This document shows positions 25,707-34,842 of a stretch of DNA of 64,000 nucleotides, in pieces. The translations under genes were made by a program, and so were the position numbers. Numbering within the stretch: position 1 is the first letter of the stretch; each line of letters begins with the position of its first letter. The DNA is from a virus (Duplodnaviria > Heunggongvirae > Uroviricota > Caudoviricetes), in the IMG/VR virus record IMGVR_UViG_3300043172_001414. The stretch is one strand, 5' to 3'. Below the pieces are notes generated by a model. It saw nothing but the letters and a program-made list of their open reading frames with translations, made no database searches and had not been told where the DNA came from.

Positions 25707-26291
25707 TTATATAAATTCCAATTGGGCTGCTTCCCAGTCAACAATTTTACCATACGGGACTTTATCCCAATCGGATTCTTCACCCATAAACCTAACGATC
25801 TTTGTTATTTCACATATATCTATATATGGCTTTATACTTTGACCATGTTCATCAATCAACCCATAATCATGGACAAAAACAAAGCCTTTGCCTGACATGA
25901 CTGATTTTGTATTATGTATGTCTTGTCTAATATGCATTTGCGTATGAACACAATCAATAAACGTACAGCCTATATTTTCAACTGTCCATTCTTGCGTATA
26001 TACATCTTTCAATTGTATTTCTACATTAGTTATATTATGAGCTTTTAGAAGTCTCTGTGTTTGGTTAATGTACGAACTGTTTTGTTCAAATGCGTATACT
26101 TTTTTATTTAACTTCTCTGCAATTTTTGCTAAAATGAGAGTGGTCTCACCTGTAAATATTCCTACTTCTAGTATGTCTCCATTCCAGGGTTTATCCATAA
26201 GAATTTCTATCATATCTTCTTTAAATTTTCGAGAAGTTGTTGGGCCGTAAGTATCTTTGTGTTTTATTTTATCAAGAGTAGACTTAAACAT
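25707..26291 (-). CDS. class I SAM-dependent methyltransferase
   Basis: ILEVGIFTGETT, FIDCVH, VHDY. Confidence 0.8.
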   Translation of the reverse strand: MFKSTLDKIKHKDTYGPTTSRKFKEDMIEILMDKPWNGDILEVGIFTGETTLILAKIAEKLNKKVYAFEQNSSYINQTQRLLKAHNITNVEIQLKDVYTQEWTVENIGCTFIDCVHTQMHIRQDIHNTKSVMSGKGFVFVHDYGLIDEHGQSIKPYIDICEITKIVRFMGEESDWDKVPYGKIVDWEAAQLEFI

Positions 26292-27009
26292 TGCTCTCCT
26301 TTATTTCTTTATAGAATTCTTCAAGTGTTATTTTAAGAGGTGGATACTCGTTCTCAAAGTCTTTCTTATTATTGTAGTCCATGAAGTCAATCTTTTTTAT
26401 ATTTTTTCGACCATACTTCCATCCTTGTTTTCCAATGGCTGTATCTTCATCGTAGTGTTTAAACAATTTATATTTTTCTAACCACTCAGGGTTACGGGTT
26501 GCTCTTAATGCAAATCTATTAAATATGTCTTTCTTGTATTGGTGGTATCCATGGTATCCTAATAGTATCCCAGTGGCGTTGATTGCCTTTGCGTGGGTTC
26601 TTAATTGGTGTACAATGGCACTCTCAGGTTTATTTAGATGTGTAGTTTTTTTCAATACATCTCTTAATAAGGAAGTGTGGGTATTATTATAAACATGCAC
26701 CCCCCATAATAATGGGTCAACAAACTTATCTTTAATCTGAAAGTCTATTCTAAAAACATTCCCTTCTAAATGAGTGAGGTAGTTAACTAAAGTGTCGTAC
26801 CAACCTGGTGCAAGTATTACGTCTGCATCGAGACCAATGTACCAGTCCCAATCTTGTTTAGCTGCATACTCAAACATTTGATCTACAGCCTTGTGAAATG
26901 GACTAACATTTTTTATTATATTAACATCACTGATGTATTGTTCAACAGAGTCTATACATAAATTTTCTGTCCGTTCACCAACGGATCTGATTATACAACC
27001 TATTTTCAT
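26284..27009 (-). CDS. GT-A fold glycosyltransferase-like protein
   Basis: YIGLDADVIL DxD motif. Confidence 0.65.
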   Translation of the reverse strand: MKIGCIIRSVGERTENLCIDSVEQYISDVNIIKNVSPFHKAVDQMFEYAAKQDWDWYIGLDADVILAPGWYDTLVNYLTHLEGNVFRIDFQIKDKFVDPLLWGVHVYNNTHTSLLRDVLKKTTHLNKPESAIVHQLRTHAKAINATGILLGYHGYHQYKKDIFNRFALRATRNPEWLEKYKLFKHYDEDTAIGKQGWKYGRKNIKKIDFMDYNNKKDFENEYPPLKITLEEFYKEIKESNV

Positions 27010-27015
27010 AAATTA

Positions 27016-27603
27016 TTACCAAGTTAAATACATAATTATTTCATCATAAGATTTTTTATAATACGACACCTTAAATTCTCCAAGACAACTAAAGTCGTCT
27101 AAAACAGGATTGTCTTTTTTTAGTCTTTGTGGTGGGTTTAACATCACATCAAACATTGTGGGGTGCGAATGAGATGGCTGACCATTTATTTGTATTGGGA
27201 GAACAATAAACACGCCATGTTTACTTATTTTCTTGATACCTTCTAACACTAATTTAGGATCATACATATGTTCCAATGAATGTGAAGAGTACACAACATC
27301 AAATTCATTTTCAGAAAAAGTTTCTTTTATATCGTGAGCGTTCATACGCTTGATAAGGTCTGTCTCTATTGCAACGTCGATACCTGACGCACTGAATCCA
27401 TTCTTGTTAAATGAAACTATTTCTGAATCATGTCTACAACCAATACATAACATTCTTTTTACGTTAATTTTTTTGATTATTTCTGCATGTTCATTTCTAA
27501 TAACATTCTTAGACATTGTTACTATTCTTTTCTTCTCAGAAGAATGTTTCTTAGCTTCTTTTTTAATAAAATCGTCGTTAGCCATAAGTGGTTTATTAAT
27601 CAT
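27016..27603 (-). CDS. class I SAM-dependent methyltransferase
   Basis: MLCIGCR, GIDV, FDVVYSSHSLEH. Confidence 0.75.
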   Translation of the reverse strand: MINKPLMANDDFIKKEAKKHSSEKKRIVTMSKNVIRNEHAEIIKKINVKRMLCIGCRHDSEIVSFNKNGFSASGIDVAIETDLIKRMNAHDIKETFSENEFDVVYSSHSLEHMYDPKLVLEGIKKISKHGVFIVLPIQINGQPSHSHPTMFDVMLNPPQRLKKDNPVLDDFSCLGEFKVSYYKKSYDEIIMYLTW

Positions 27604-28528
27604 TGTTGTTCCTTGACTGATTTAATAGGTCTGTGAAAAACTGTATATATTGTTCGATGAAATCTTTAGGAGTTCTTGAGGTTATTTCATACATTAGTGT
27701 GACTAAGTTATCGTATGTTTCGTTGATAATTTCTAGTATATTATCAGTATCGTTAAATAATAAACTACCTTTGCCGACGATCTCAGGATGACCACCTGAG
27801 TTTCGTGCAATTACTGGGAGACCGCATGCTTTAGCTTCTATTAAAGAGTTGGAACAGGGGTCGTTCAATGATGCCGAAATATATAAGTCGCTGTTTCGAA
27901 GCTCATTGCCCAGATCTAAGCTATTCATTGGCGGTTTGTGTATTATATTTTTAAATTTGACAGGGCTGTTTCCAATGAATGTATAATTGTAGGTGTCGAA
28001 GTCCAGGTTGTTATCGAGGTATTCATATACGTCAAAACCTTTCTTGTAGTTACTTGAAAATGAAGTAGATATTATTTCTATTCTACCAGATGAATCTTTT
28101 TCTTCTGTAATATCTTTATTTCTATAGAAGTATCTACTGTCTGCAACATTGTTGGCGACTATGAATGGCTTGTCTATTAATAGTCCCATCTCCTCATTAT
28201 TATGTTTTGAGTATTCAGATTGGAATATAGTAGCTGAAGCAATTCTTCCATTCATAGCGTATATTATATCGTCCCTGTTATCATCCATATTATTATATAG
28301 TTTTATAGGGCCATCTAATCGATGCACAAATATCTTGTCTTCATATATTTTTTTAAGCTCTATGACATCGTTGTATCTATGCCAAGAATCAAATAAGATT
28401 ATGTCTGCATCTTTCACATTATCGGTGTATACATTTTTTTGTTTGAGTAGGTGTATTAAAAATTTTACTAGTTGATTGCGACCGCCCATCGGCCCGTCAA
28501 CAATGTCGGACACTATATAAACTTTCAT
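27596..28528 (-). CDS. GT4 (GT-B) glycosyltransferase
   Basis: GPMGGRNQ, VHRLDG, DPCSNSLIEAKACGLPVI, GGHPEIV. Confidence 0.88.
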   Translation of the reverse strand: MKVYIVSDIVDGPMGGRNQLVKFLIHLLKQKNVYTDNVKDADIILFDSWHRYNDVIELKKIYEDKIFVHRLDGPIKLYNNMDDNRDDIIYAMNGRIASATIFQSEYSKHNNEEMGLLIDKPFIVANNVADSRYFYRNKDITEEKDSSGRIEIISTSFSSNYKKGFDVYEYLDNNLDFDTYNYTFIGNSPVKFKNIIHKPPMNSLDLGNELRNSDLYISASLNDPCSNSLIEAKACGLPVIARNSGGHPEIVGKGSLLFNDTDNILEIINETYDNLVTLMYEITSRTPKDFIEQYIQFFTDLLNQSRNNND

Positions 28529-28540
28529 TTCAATTTATCC

Positions 28541-29410
28541 TTAATGTTTTTTTATAATATCTATATATGTATGAATTGTATTACCAAGTAAAAACTTCTC
28601 TTTAGCATCTTTCATTATAGAGACTGCATCATTCCATACTTTAGTTTTATAAGTCTTTTTTATGTAGTTTATCATATTTTTTACAGAACCTATATCTTTA
28701 CTAGTTATATAATAAGGATAGTATTCTCCTAATATTTCAATGTGATCTTTCTTATATGTTATTACGGGACTGTGATTAATAGATGCCATTGCTAACTTTG
28801 TGAAAGGCTCGTATGATCTTCGTTTAGCGTCTTTTAAACCGTTAACAATATAGTGACAGTTGTACTTTCCTATAAGATCTGTGTACTGGTTAAAATCTGA
28901 AGGATTGCCATTAATTGATTTGTAATCAATATCGTCGAACTCATTGTAAGCATATACTTTTCTTTCAGAGTTAGTGCCTAAGTATAAAAACTTTAGTTCG
29001 TCTGGTGGATTCGTTGCGCTCCGAAATCGTAAGTCTATGTGATGATAGATAACTGGACACATTTCTTTATTTTTAAACAAATGAATAAACTTATTTCTAG
29101 CTTTATTATTGTTGAATAAGCAACCATGTACTAATCCAGGAGGTAGGTCTTTAAATATTGGTATGAAATCTAAAGGATCTAAAATTACTGTGTTATTCTC
29201 GCATAGTGTTTCAATCTTTTCCATGCTATTTTCAATAGGTTTTATAAAGAATATAATGTTTCCTGACTGTGTAGCTAATTTTTCAGGGGACTCCATAAAA
29301 GCTTTTATGCCATGTCTCTGCAATGCCATGTACACTTGGACTGCACGCAGGTAAAAAGAACCTGCAGTCGCCATGTTAGATCTTTCCGATGTAAATACTA
29401 CCCTTCTCAT
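28541..29410 (-). CDS. GT-B-like glycosyltransferase
   Basis: GSFYLRA, EPFTKLAMASINHSPVI; island context. Confidence 0.55.
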   Translation of the reverse strand: MRRVVFTSERSNMATAGSFYLRAVQVYMALQRHGIKAFMESPEKLATQSGNIIFFIKPIENSMEKIETLCENNTVILDPLDFIPIFKDLPPGLVHGCLFNNNKARNKFIHLFKNKEMCPVIYHHIDLRFRSATNPPDELKFLYLGTNSERKVYAYNEFDDIDYKSINGNPSDFNQYTDLIGKYNCHYIVNGLKDAKRRSYEPFTKLAMASINHSPVITYKKDHIEILGEYYPYYITSKDIGSVKNMINYIKKTYKTKVWNDAVSIMKDAKEKFLLGNTIHTYIDIIKKH

Positions 29411-29411
29411 A

Positions 29412-29855
29412 TTACTCTTTAAGTTCTTTAAATATATCCATTATTTTTTTATGAAAAGTTTTGGATGTTTTAAAGTTTTCAATTACAGTTCTATCAAATG
29501 TATCTATATTATCTTCTTCATATGGAATAAGGTATACAGGTTTAAATGACAATTTTTCAATTAGCTCTTTCGTCTCTTCATCTACAACATGATATGCTGC
29601 TGCAAAGTTGTCTCTAAATAAAAACTCTTTTCTACTAAATTCGTATTTGTCTGATATATACATACTGAATACTATCTTATGTATCTTCAGCGTGTCTATA
29701 CCTAAAGACTTCCAGTCCTCTATTGATAAGCACCATACAACATCTGGTTTAATGCTACGACTAATGTGTCGATACTCATCTGCTTTGCTATCATATATTA
29801 ATATTTCATTAAGTTTAGCTAAATTATTATTGAGGGTGTGTATTTGTATCTTCAT
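29412..29855 (-). CDS. hypothetical (possible GT-B N-terminal half)
   Basis: KPDVVW; KPVYLIPY; island context. Confidence 0.45.
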   Translation of the reverse strand: MKIQIHTLNNNLAKLNEILIYDSKADEYRHISRSIKPDVVWCLSIEDWKSLGIDTLKIHKIVFSMYISDKYEFSRKEFLFRDNFAAAYHVVDEETKELIEKLSFKPVYLIPYEEDNIDTFDRTVIENFKTSKTFHKKIMDIFKELKE

Positions 29856-30858
29856 ATAAATCCGTAATTATATCTAAGAATTTAGTGGCGTATGATTCGC
29901 ATGTAAATGCTTTAGCATATTCCAATCCATTCTTTACCTTTAGGTTATACTTAGTATCGTCTTCTAAGTATTCTGCTATAGTATCTATAATTTCTTGATC
30001 TGACATATCCATATTTATGTCGATTATGACATTTTTAAGGGCTTCTTGGTCTACTGGATGTGTCATCGGCATATCTGCTGCTAATACAGTTCCGCTTGCA
30101 GGAACTTCAATGTACTTGCCTAATCTATACTTAAATATAGAAGAGTCGCATACGGCAATCCTGGTAGAATTTAAAGCTTTACTGAAAAACTCTGCGTACT
30201 GATTTGAATTAGCGTCTTCTCTTTCATATGATGGATGGTTAAATATACCCCATCTATATTTGGGTGCTATCTTTGGAAGTAGCTTTGATAGCCTGTCACG
30301 TAAGGGGTATATGTTGCCAAATTTATTAGATACATTATATGCACCCACTAACATGACATCATATATTTTTGGTAGCTGTACACCGTCAAAGCTCCATTGC
30401 TTAAATGCTTTCTCATCTGCTGAGTGTGGAATGTAATGGAACTCTATCGCATTTAATGATGGATAATGATTAAATTTTTCCCAGTCGTTATAGTGGTGAC
30501 AGATAACTAATGTCGCACCAAAATATTTGATCTCTTTTTTAGTCCAATCAACATCATACATTTCATTATAATTTAAGCAGCATTTATATTCTTTATGGAG
30601 TTCATCTGCCTTGTAGATATCTAAAGGTTTATATGCTACTATAAGGTTTATGTGATTTGAATTACCATCAAATGCATCTTTAATGTTTTCTGATGCTGTC
30701 TTCAGTATGTCCCATCCGTTCCAACCTGGGCCATACCAGTAAAATTTATTATCTGGCGAATCATCACATAATTCTTCGATTGCTTCCATGGTTCGGAAAC
30801 GAATTCTTGACATCTTGGTGTCGTAATATTTTTTGTCCACTAGGTATAAAATGTTCAT
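29827..30858 (-). CDS. GT-B glycosyltransferase (CgeB/Glyco_trans_1_2-like)
   Basis: YIPHSAD, IYPLR, KYIEVPASGTVL; ATG at 30858. Confidence 0.75.
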   Translation of the reverse strand: MNILYLVDKKYYDTKMSRIRFRTMEAIEELCDDSPDNKFYWYGPGWNGWDILKTASENIKDAFDGNSNHINLIVAYKPLDIYKADELHKEYKCCLNYNEMYDVDWTKKEIKYFGATLVICHHYNDWEKFNHYPSLNAIEFHYIPHSADEKAFKQWSFDGVQLPKIYDVMLVGAYNVSNKFGNIYPLRDRLSKLLPKIAPKYRWGIFNHPSYEREDANSNQYAEFFSKALNSTRIAVCDSSIFKYRLGKYIEVPASGTVLAADMPMTHPVDQEALKNVIIDINMDMSDQEIIDTIAEYLEDDTKYNLKVKNGLEYAKAFTCESYATKFLDIITDLYEDTNTHPQ

Positions 30859-31319
30859 GAATACTCCTCGGTCATAGCTTGGAAAATTGCATCTCTCCAT
30901 TCTTCTTCTTCAGCAAATAAAGGAAGTCCGGCTTTTTGACATAATACTTTTATGTTAGTATATCTATAGTATCTAGGTGAGCAACATATGAAGATCTTTT
31001 CCGTTGCGAATAGCCCTAATTCAAGGAGGCTAATTGGAGAAATTGTATCAGGATCAAAGTACATGGCGATGTAATCTGAAGATGCTAGTCCATCAAGCTC
31101 CCATGATACTTGTTTCTCCATTTCAGTGCTACAAAATGACCAGTTGTCTCTACGTGGATTGAGTACTAAAAAATTTGTTTCTGGGTTGACTGTAAATTTC
31201 TTTCGCATGTCTGTAAGAAATCTTTGTTGCCATTCTTCGGCTTTACCATTTTCAATTGATCCAGCCAAAAACAGGTTAGAATGAGTATATTTATTGGGGG
31301 CTTTTACTTCAGTTATCAT
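30855..31319 (-). CDS. nucleoside 2-deoxyribosyltransferase-like protein
   Basis: LFLAGSI, WQ, LNPRR, QVSWE, SPISLLELG. Confidence 0.85.
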   Translation of the reverse strand: MITEVKAPNKYTHSNLFLAGSIENGKAEEWQQRFLTDMRKKFTVNPETNFLVLNPRRDNWSFCSTEMEKQVSWELDGLASSDYIAMYFDPDTISPISLLELGLFATEKIFICCSPRYYRYTNIKVLCQKAGLPLFAEEEEWRDAIFQAMTEEYS

Positions 31320-32046
31320 TGGTTACTCCGTAACGTGACTTTAGTTGTTCGTATATTGTTGACTCATCGTATTTCTTTTCTTTGTCGATGCCGTGCCGTC
31401 TCCACATTTCGTTCCATAGGTGCACCGCATAGGTCTCTTCTGGGAAGTCAATGTCAATGCCTTCTTGTACAATTAAAGGGGCGTGTTGGTATCCTAGAGG
31501 GCAAAAAACATGGGGTTCTTGAACATATGCTTCCATTTCGAAGAACTCTACTGCTCCTTTGACTAATTTAGGGCCAACTGTACCCCATTCAAGAGTCTTT
31601 TTATCTTGATCTGCACAGATATTATAGCAGTAGTAACTAAAGTCATTTCCTGCTGGGGCTTTGATTACTGAACTTGTGGTGTGTTGCGTGTTTTCGTGTG
31701 TAATCTCAGAGCTGAATACGAATTCACCTTTGTGATCAAATGGTTTTAGGCAAATGATGTCAGTATCCACCCACCATCCACCTTTCATTTCTAGCATTTT
31801 ATATCTAAAGTAGTTTGAGAATGCTGAGTACGAACCTTTTCCAGGCCCCACTTGATATGAAAATACTTCTGATTCTGGTAGAATCTCGTTACCGTCGCAT
31901 ATAGTTGTACCTTCTGGGACATTCTCTATTTCATTGTAGCAGTAAAGGTGGAACTCGTGTCCGTTTGCTAAGAATGATTTGATGCATAGTTGTTCCATCA
32001 CTGACAGTTTTGGGCCTATCCATAGGCTTTGTATAATATTATTCAT
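31309..32046 (-). CDS. DXD alpha-1,4-glycosyltransferase (GT32-like)
   Basis: QSLWIG, SFLANGH, SNYFRY, GGWWVDTD, WGTVGP, VHLWNE. Confidence 0.88.
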   Translation of the reverse strand: MNNIIQSLWIGPKLSVMEQLCIKSFLANGHEFHLYCYNEIENVPEGTTICDGNEILPESEVFSYQVGPGKGSYSAFSNYFRYKMLEMKGGWWVDTDIICLKPFDHKGEFVFSSEITHENTQHTTSSVIKAPAGNDFSYYCYNICADQDKKTLEWGTVGPKLVKGAVEFFEMEAYVQEPHVFCPLGYQHAPLIVQEGIDIDFPEETYAVHLWNEMWRRHGIDKEKKYDESTIYEQLKSRYGVTNDN

Positions 32047-32239
32047 GTTTTTCATTTTTGTCCTGGTTATATCCTGTAAATTCCGAGTTGGATGGTACAA
32101 ATGTAGATGTAACAGAAGAGTTTGGTGAGCAAGAACTAAAGTCTATATAAAGCCAACCACCAGGTACTCGACGAATTGTGACAAAACTATTTAAGCTTAT
32201 TTCATCGTGCAATTTCATATCATAAATATTTTCTGACAT
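32039..32239 (-). CDS. small phage hypothetical protein
   Basis: IRRVPGGWLY; TFVP. Confidence 0.65.
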   Translation of the reverse strand: MSENIYDMKLHDEISLNSFVTIRRVPGGWLYIDFSSCSPNSSVTSTFVPSNSEFTGYNQDKNEKHE

Positions 32240-32240
32240 A

Positions 32241-32990
32241 TTAACCTCTATAAAAAGCTGGGTGCTTTTCTCTTAAATGTTCACGGATCTTAAATTGATT
32301 TGCTTGTTCATTTGTAGTGTTGATCATGGATGATTCTGATTGTCTGTAGGCTAAATAAGTAGTGTTGCATTTCCTAAACTTGAAGCCTCTCTTCGCTGCT
32401 GAAAGCCAGAAGTCGTAGTCTTCCCAACCTAACTTCATAGTCTCATCATACGGCCCTGCCTTGTCCCATACGTTTCGTTTATACATTGCAGAACAATTGA
32501 TGAATGGGGACTCTCGAATTAGGTCTATACTGAACTCAGGCCAGGTTAATAACTGTGATGATGTACCAAAGCATTGTGAGTTGGTGTAAGAAATATCTAC
32601 ATCATGCTCTAAAATGTTTTTATAATTGTCTTCAATGTAATTTGGTGGAATCATGTCGTCTGCATCAAGACATATGATTAGCGTAGATGATGTACGAGCT
32701 AAAGCAATATTTCTAGTGGCTGACAAGTGTACGTTTTTCGGGTTCGAGTAAACTGAAGTGAGTCTGTGTCCTGGGTGATCAATTAGTTCCATTGCTAATT
32801 TTCTAGCTACTGCAAGAGAGTCGTCAGTGCTGCAGTCATCGACTATTGTCACTGTAAATTGTAGGGATGATTCACTATTGTAAACTGAAGTGAGACATTC
32901 CTTTAGGTGATGACCTAAATTGTATAATGGGATGATTATCTCAAGGGAATCTTCCTGTATCTTTTCAATATTCATAATGCTCCGACACAT
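32241..32990 (-). CDS. GT2 glycosyltransferase
   Basis: IIIPLYN, VDDCSTD, RN, LDADD, WEDYDFW. Confidence 0.92.
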   Translation of the reverse strand: MCRSIMNIEKIQEDSLEIIIPLYNLGHHLKECLTSVYNSESSLQFTVTIVDDCSTDDSLAVARKLAMELIDHPGHRLTSVYSNPKNVHLSATRNIALARTSSTLIICLDADDMIPPNYIEDNYKNILEHDVDISYTNSQCFGTSSQLLTWPEFSIDLIRESPFINCSAMYKRNVWDKAGPYDETMKLGWEDYDFWLSAAKRGFKFRKCNTTYLAYRQSESSMINTTNEQANQFKIREHLREKHPAFYRG

Positions 32991-33009
32991 TAATTCAAGT
33001 TATTAACTC

Positions 33010-33038
33010 AGTATATAAACAAAATGTACTTTAGTCAA
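33010..33038 (-). promoter_or_regulatory. sigma70 promoter for the glycosylation island
   Basis: TTGACT-N17-TATACT on minus strand. Confidence 0.75.
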
Positions 33039-33061
33039 TAATTTTTATTGACTAAAGTACA
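33025..33061. repeat. perfect 17-bp inverted repeat, 3-nt loop
   Basis: TGTACTTTAGTCAATAA-TTT-TTATTGACTAAAGTACA. Confidence 0.95.
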
Positions 33062-33070
33062 AAAGGGCTT

Positions 33071-33874
33071 TTATTCTACCAATCTGGCGTTATTATTAGC
33101 TAAACTTTCATAAATGTCGTCATGCTTGGTATTAATTGCTCGCTCATAATCACTGTGAGGGATATGAAACATTGTATGAGCGACTAACAGTCTAGTCTTA
33201 CATCCGTTGTCAATCATATCTGCAAATAGAGTAGTGTCTTCTGACCCCCAACCATGGAATTTTGTATTGCAACCACCCACTGCATCAAACTCGTCTTTAT
33301 GAAATAATGTTGTTCCATATAGAGCTTTGTCATTTTTATTTCTATCGTTTTTGTAAATGAGTTTTTTATTATCGCCTAGACAGATACATCTTCCGAATCT
33401 TGGAGATAGCAATATATCTGAGTCGATACTGAGTACCCATCCTTCTGTGTGTTTCATTTTCTCATTACGAGCTAAAGCATGTTCGTAATATTTTTGATCT
33501 GACACACGATGAATTTCTATTCGTTCATCTAAAGTTTTATAATCAATACCATAATGTTCTTTGATGCTTTCAGTTATCGGTTTGTCGCTAGACCAATCAA
33601 CTATGACAATCTTCTTAAATGGAAATTTAATCCAGGTCTTAAGTGATTCCATCAAATGGGATTCACGATTCATTATTGAAGTTGCCAATGTGATCTTACT
33701 ACATAATTCTTTTTGATGATCTGTTATTGGGATAGAATCAAAATTATGTATATTGTTGATTGCGATAGCATTTGATCCTTCTTTATTGAAGTTATAATAC
33801 TCAGTAAATACATTACCGTTATTCTCTTGAAACTTTTGTTTTGAAGTTTCTAGTAGTTCATTGTAGTTAATCAT
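33071..33874 (-). CDS. GT2/GT7C (galactosyltransferase-like) glycosyltransferase
   Basis: IVDWSS, SIDSD, FHGWGSED, HIPH. Confidence 0.85.
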   Translation of the reverse strand: MINYNELLETSKQKFQENNGNVFTEYYNFNKEGSNAIAINNIHNFDSIPITDHQKELCSKITLATSIMNRESHLMESLKTWIKFPFKKIVIVDWSSDKPITESIKEHYGIDYKTLDERIEIHRVSDQKYYEHALARNEKMKHTEGWVLSIDSDILLSPRFGRCICLGDNKKLIYKNDRNKNDKALYGTTLFHKDEFDAVGGCNTKFHGWGSEDTTLFADMIDNGCKTRLLVAHTMFHIPHSDYERAINTKHDDIYESLANNNARLVE

Positions 33875-33876
33875 AA

Positions 33877-34356
33877 TTAAGCTCTCCCAATAAGATGACC
33901 AATATCTTCTTCAATGATCATATATAAAAATTCAAATAGTTCTCGTTCTACTTCAGATGGGATATAACGATATGGAATTGGTACTAATTCGTACTCATCT
34001 TCCTCAATCAAGAATGAATTTATTTTATTATTATTAACATCATAGTTATAGATTTCATCTTTATATGTATTAAGTAATTCTTTAAACTCTTTATGCTTAA
34101 TCAAGTCATCTATAACGTTCCCGTTGTCAATCCATTCTTTCACCATGGCTTCTTTCTTGACGATATACTCTTGCATTTTAGGAGATACTAGACCTGCGTT
34201 ATTTAGCTTGACGAGTCGTTCATGTTCATCTTCCATTAACGTAATATTTTTAGTTAAATAGTATTGGAACATTCCATCTTTATTATGAAATGATGTCATG
34301 AAAAATAACATATACATTCTCATAAACATTCTTCTGGTTATTTTAATTTTTTTCAT
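33877..34356 (-). CDS. hypothetical protein (paralog of 34343-34774)
   Basis: helical; C-terminal IPYRYIPSEVERELFEFL. Confidence 0.7.
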   Translation of the reverse strand: MKKIKITRRMFMRMYMLFFMTSFHNKDGMFQYYLTKNITLMEDEHERLVKLNNAGLVSPKMQEYIVKKEAMVKEWIDNGNVIDDLIKHKEFKELLNTYKDEIYNYDVNNNKINSFLIEEDEYELVPIPYRYIPSEVERELFEFLYMIIEEDIGHLIGRA

Positions 34357-34774
34357 CTTCGTACCCCTCTATTAATACTGATAGTACTTGCATTATTTCT
34401 TCGTCTAATTCTGGTACAAGGTGTCTTGGTATTAATATGTTTTGAAAGGATACTACAGATTTAACTATTGCAGTTATCTCGTTATTTAATGAGTTGACTT
34501 CTTGGATAAGGTCTAAGTGACTTTTATTTAATTCGCTGATGGCTTCTTCATCATTGTCTAGTGATAAGAATGCTTCTTTATACTGGTAAAAATCTGAATC
34601 TGGATCGTATTGGATGGATTCTGATGCTGATACATAAACTTTCATTGTGTATTGCAGTATCTGTTTCCATGATTCTACAAATAATAAAAAGTTTTTGTGG
34701 TATTTTTGTGATGGTTCGAGATTATCTAAAATCATATAGATTTTAAACCACTCTTCGTGTGTTAATTCAATCAT
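34343..34774 (-). CDS. hypothetical protein (paralog of 33877-34356)
   Basis: C-terminal IPRHLVPELDEEIMQVL. Confidence 0.7.
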   Translation of the reverse strand: MIELTHEEWFKIYMILDNLEPSQKYHKNFLLFVESWKQILQYTMKVYVSASESIQYDPDSDFYQYKEAFLSLDNDEEAISELNKSHLDLIQEVNSLNNEITAIVKSVVSFQNILIPRHLVPELDEEIMQVLSVLIEGYEDEKN

Positions 34775-34801
34775 TTCAATTCCTTTGTTTTCAATTTAAA
34801 G

Positions 34802-34835
34802 AAGGTTGCTATATTTCAAGCAACCTTTTATTTTT
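34802..34835 (+). terminator. intrinsic terminator with its U-tract on the plus (antisense) strand
   Basis: AAGGTTGCT-ATATTTCA-AGCAACCTT then TTATTTTT. Confidence 0.7.
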
Positions 34836-34842
34836 ATTTATA
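34835..34842 (-). promoter_or_regulatory. T4-type late promoter
   Basis: TATAAATA upstream of 34774. Confidence 0.65.
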
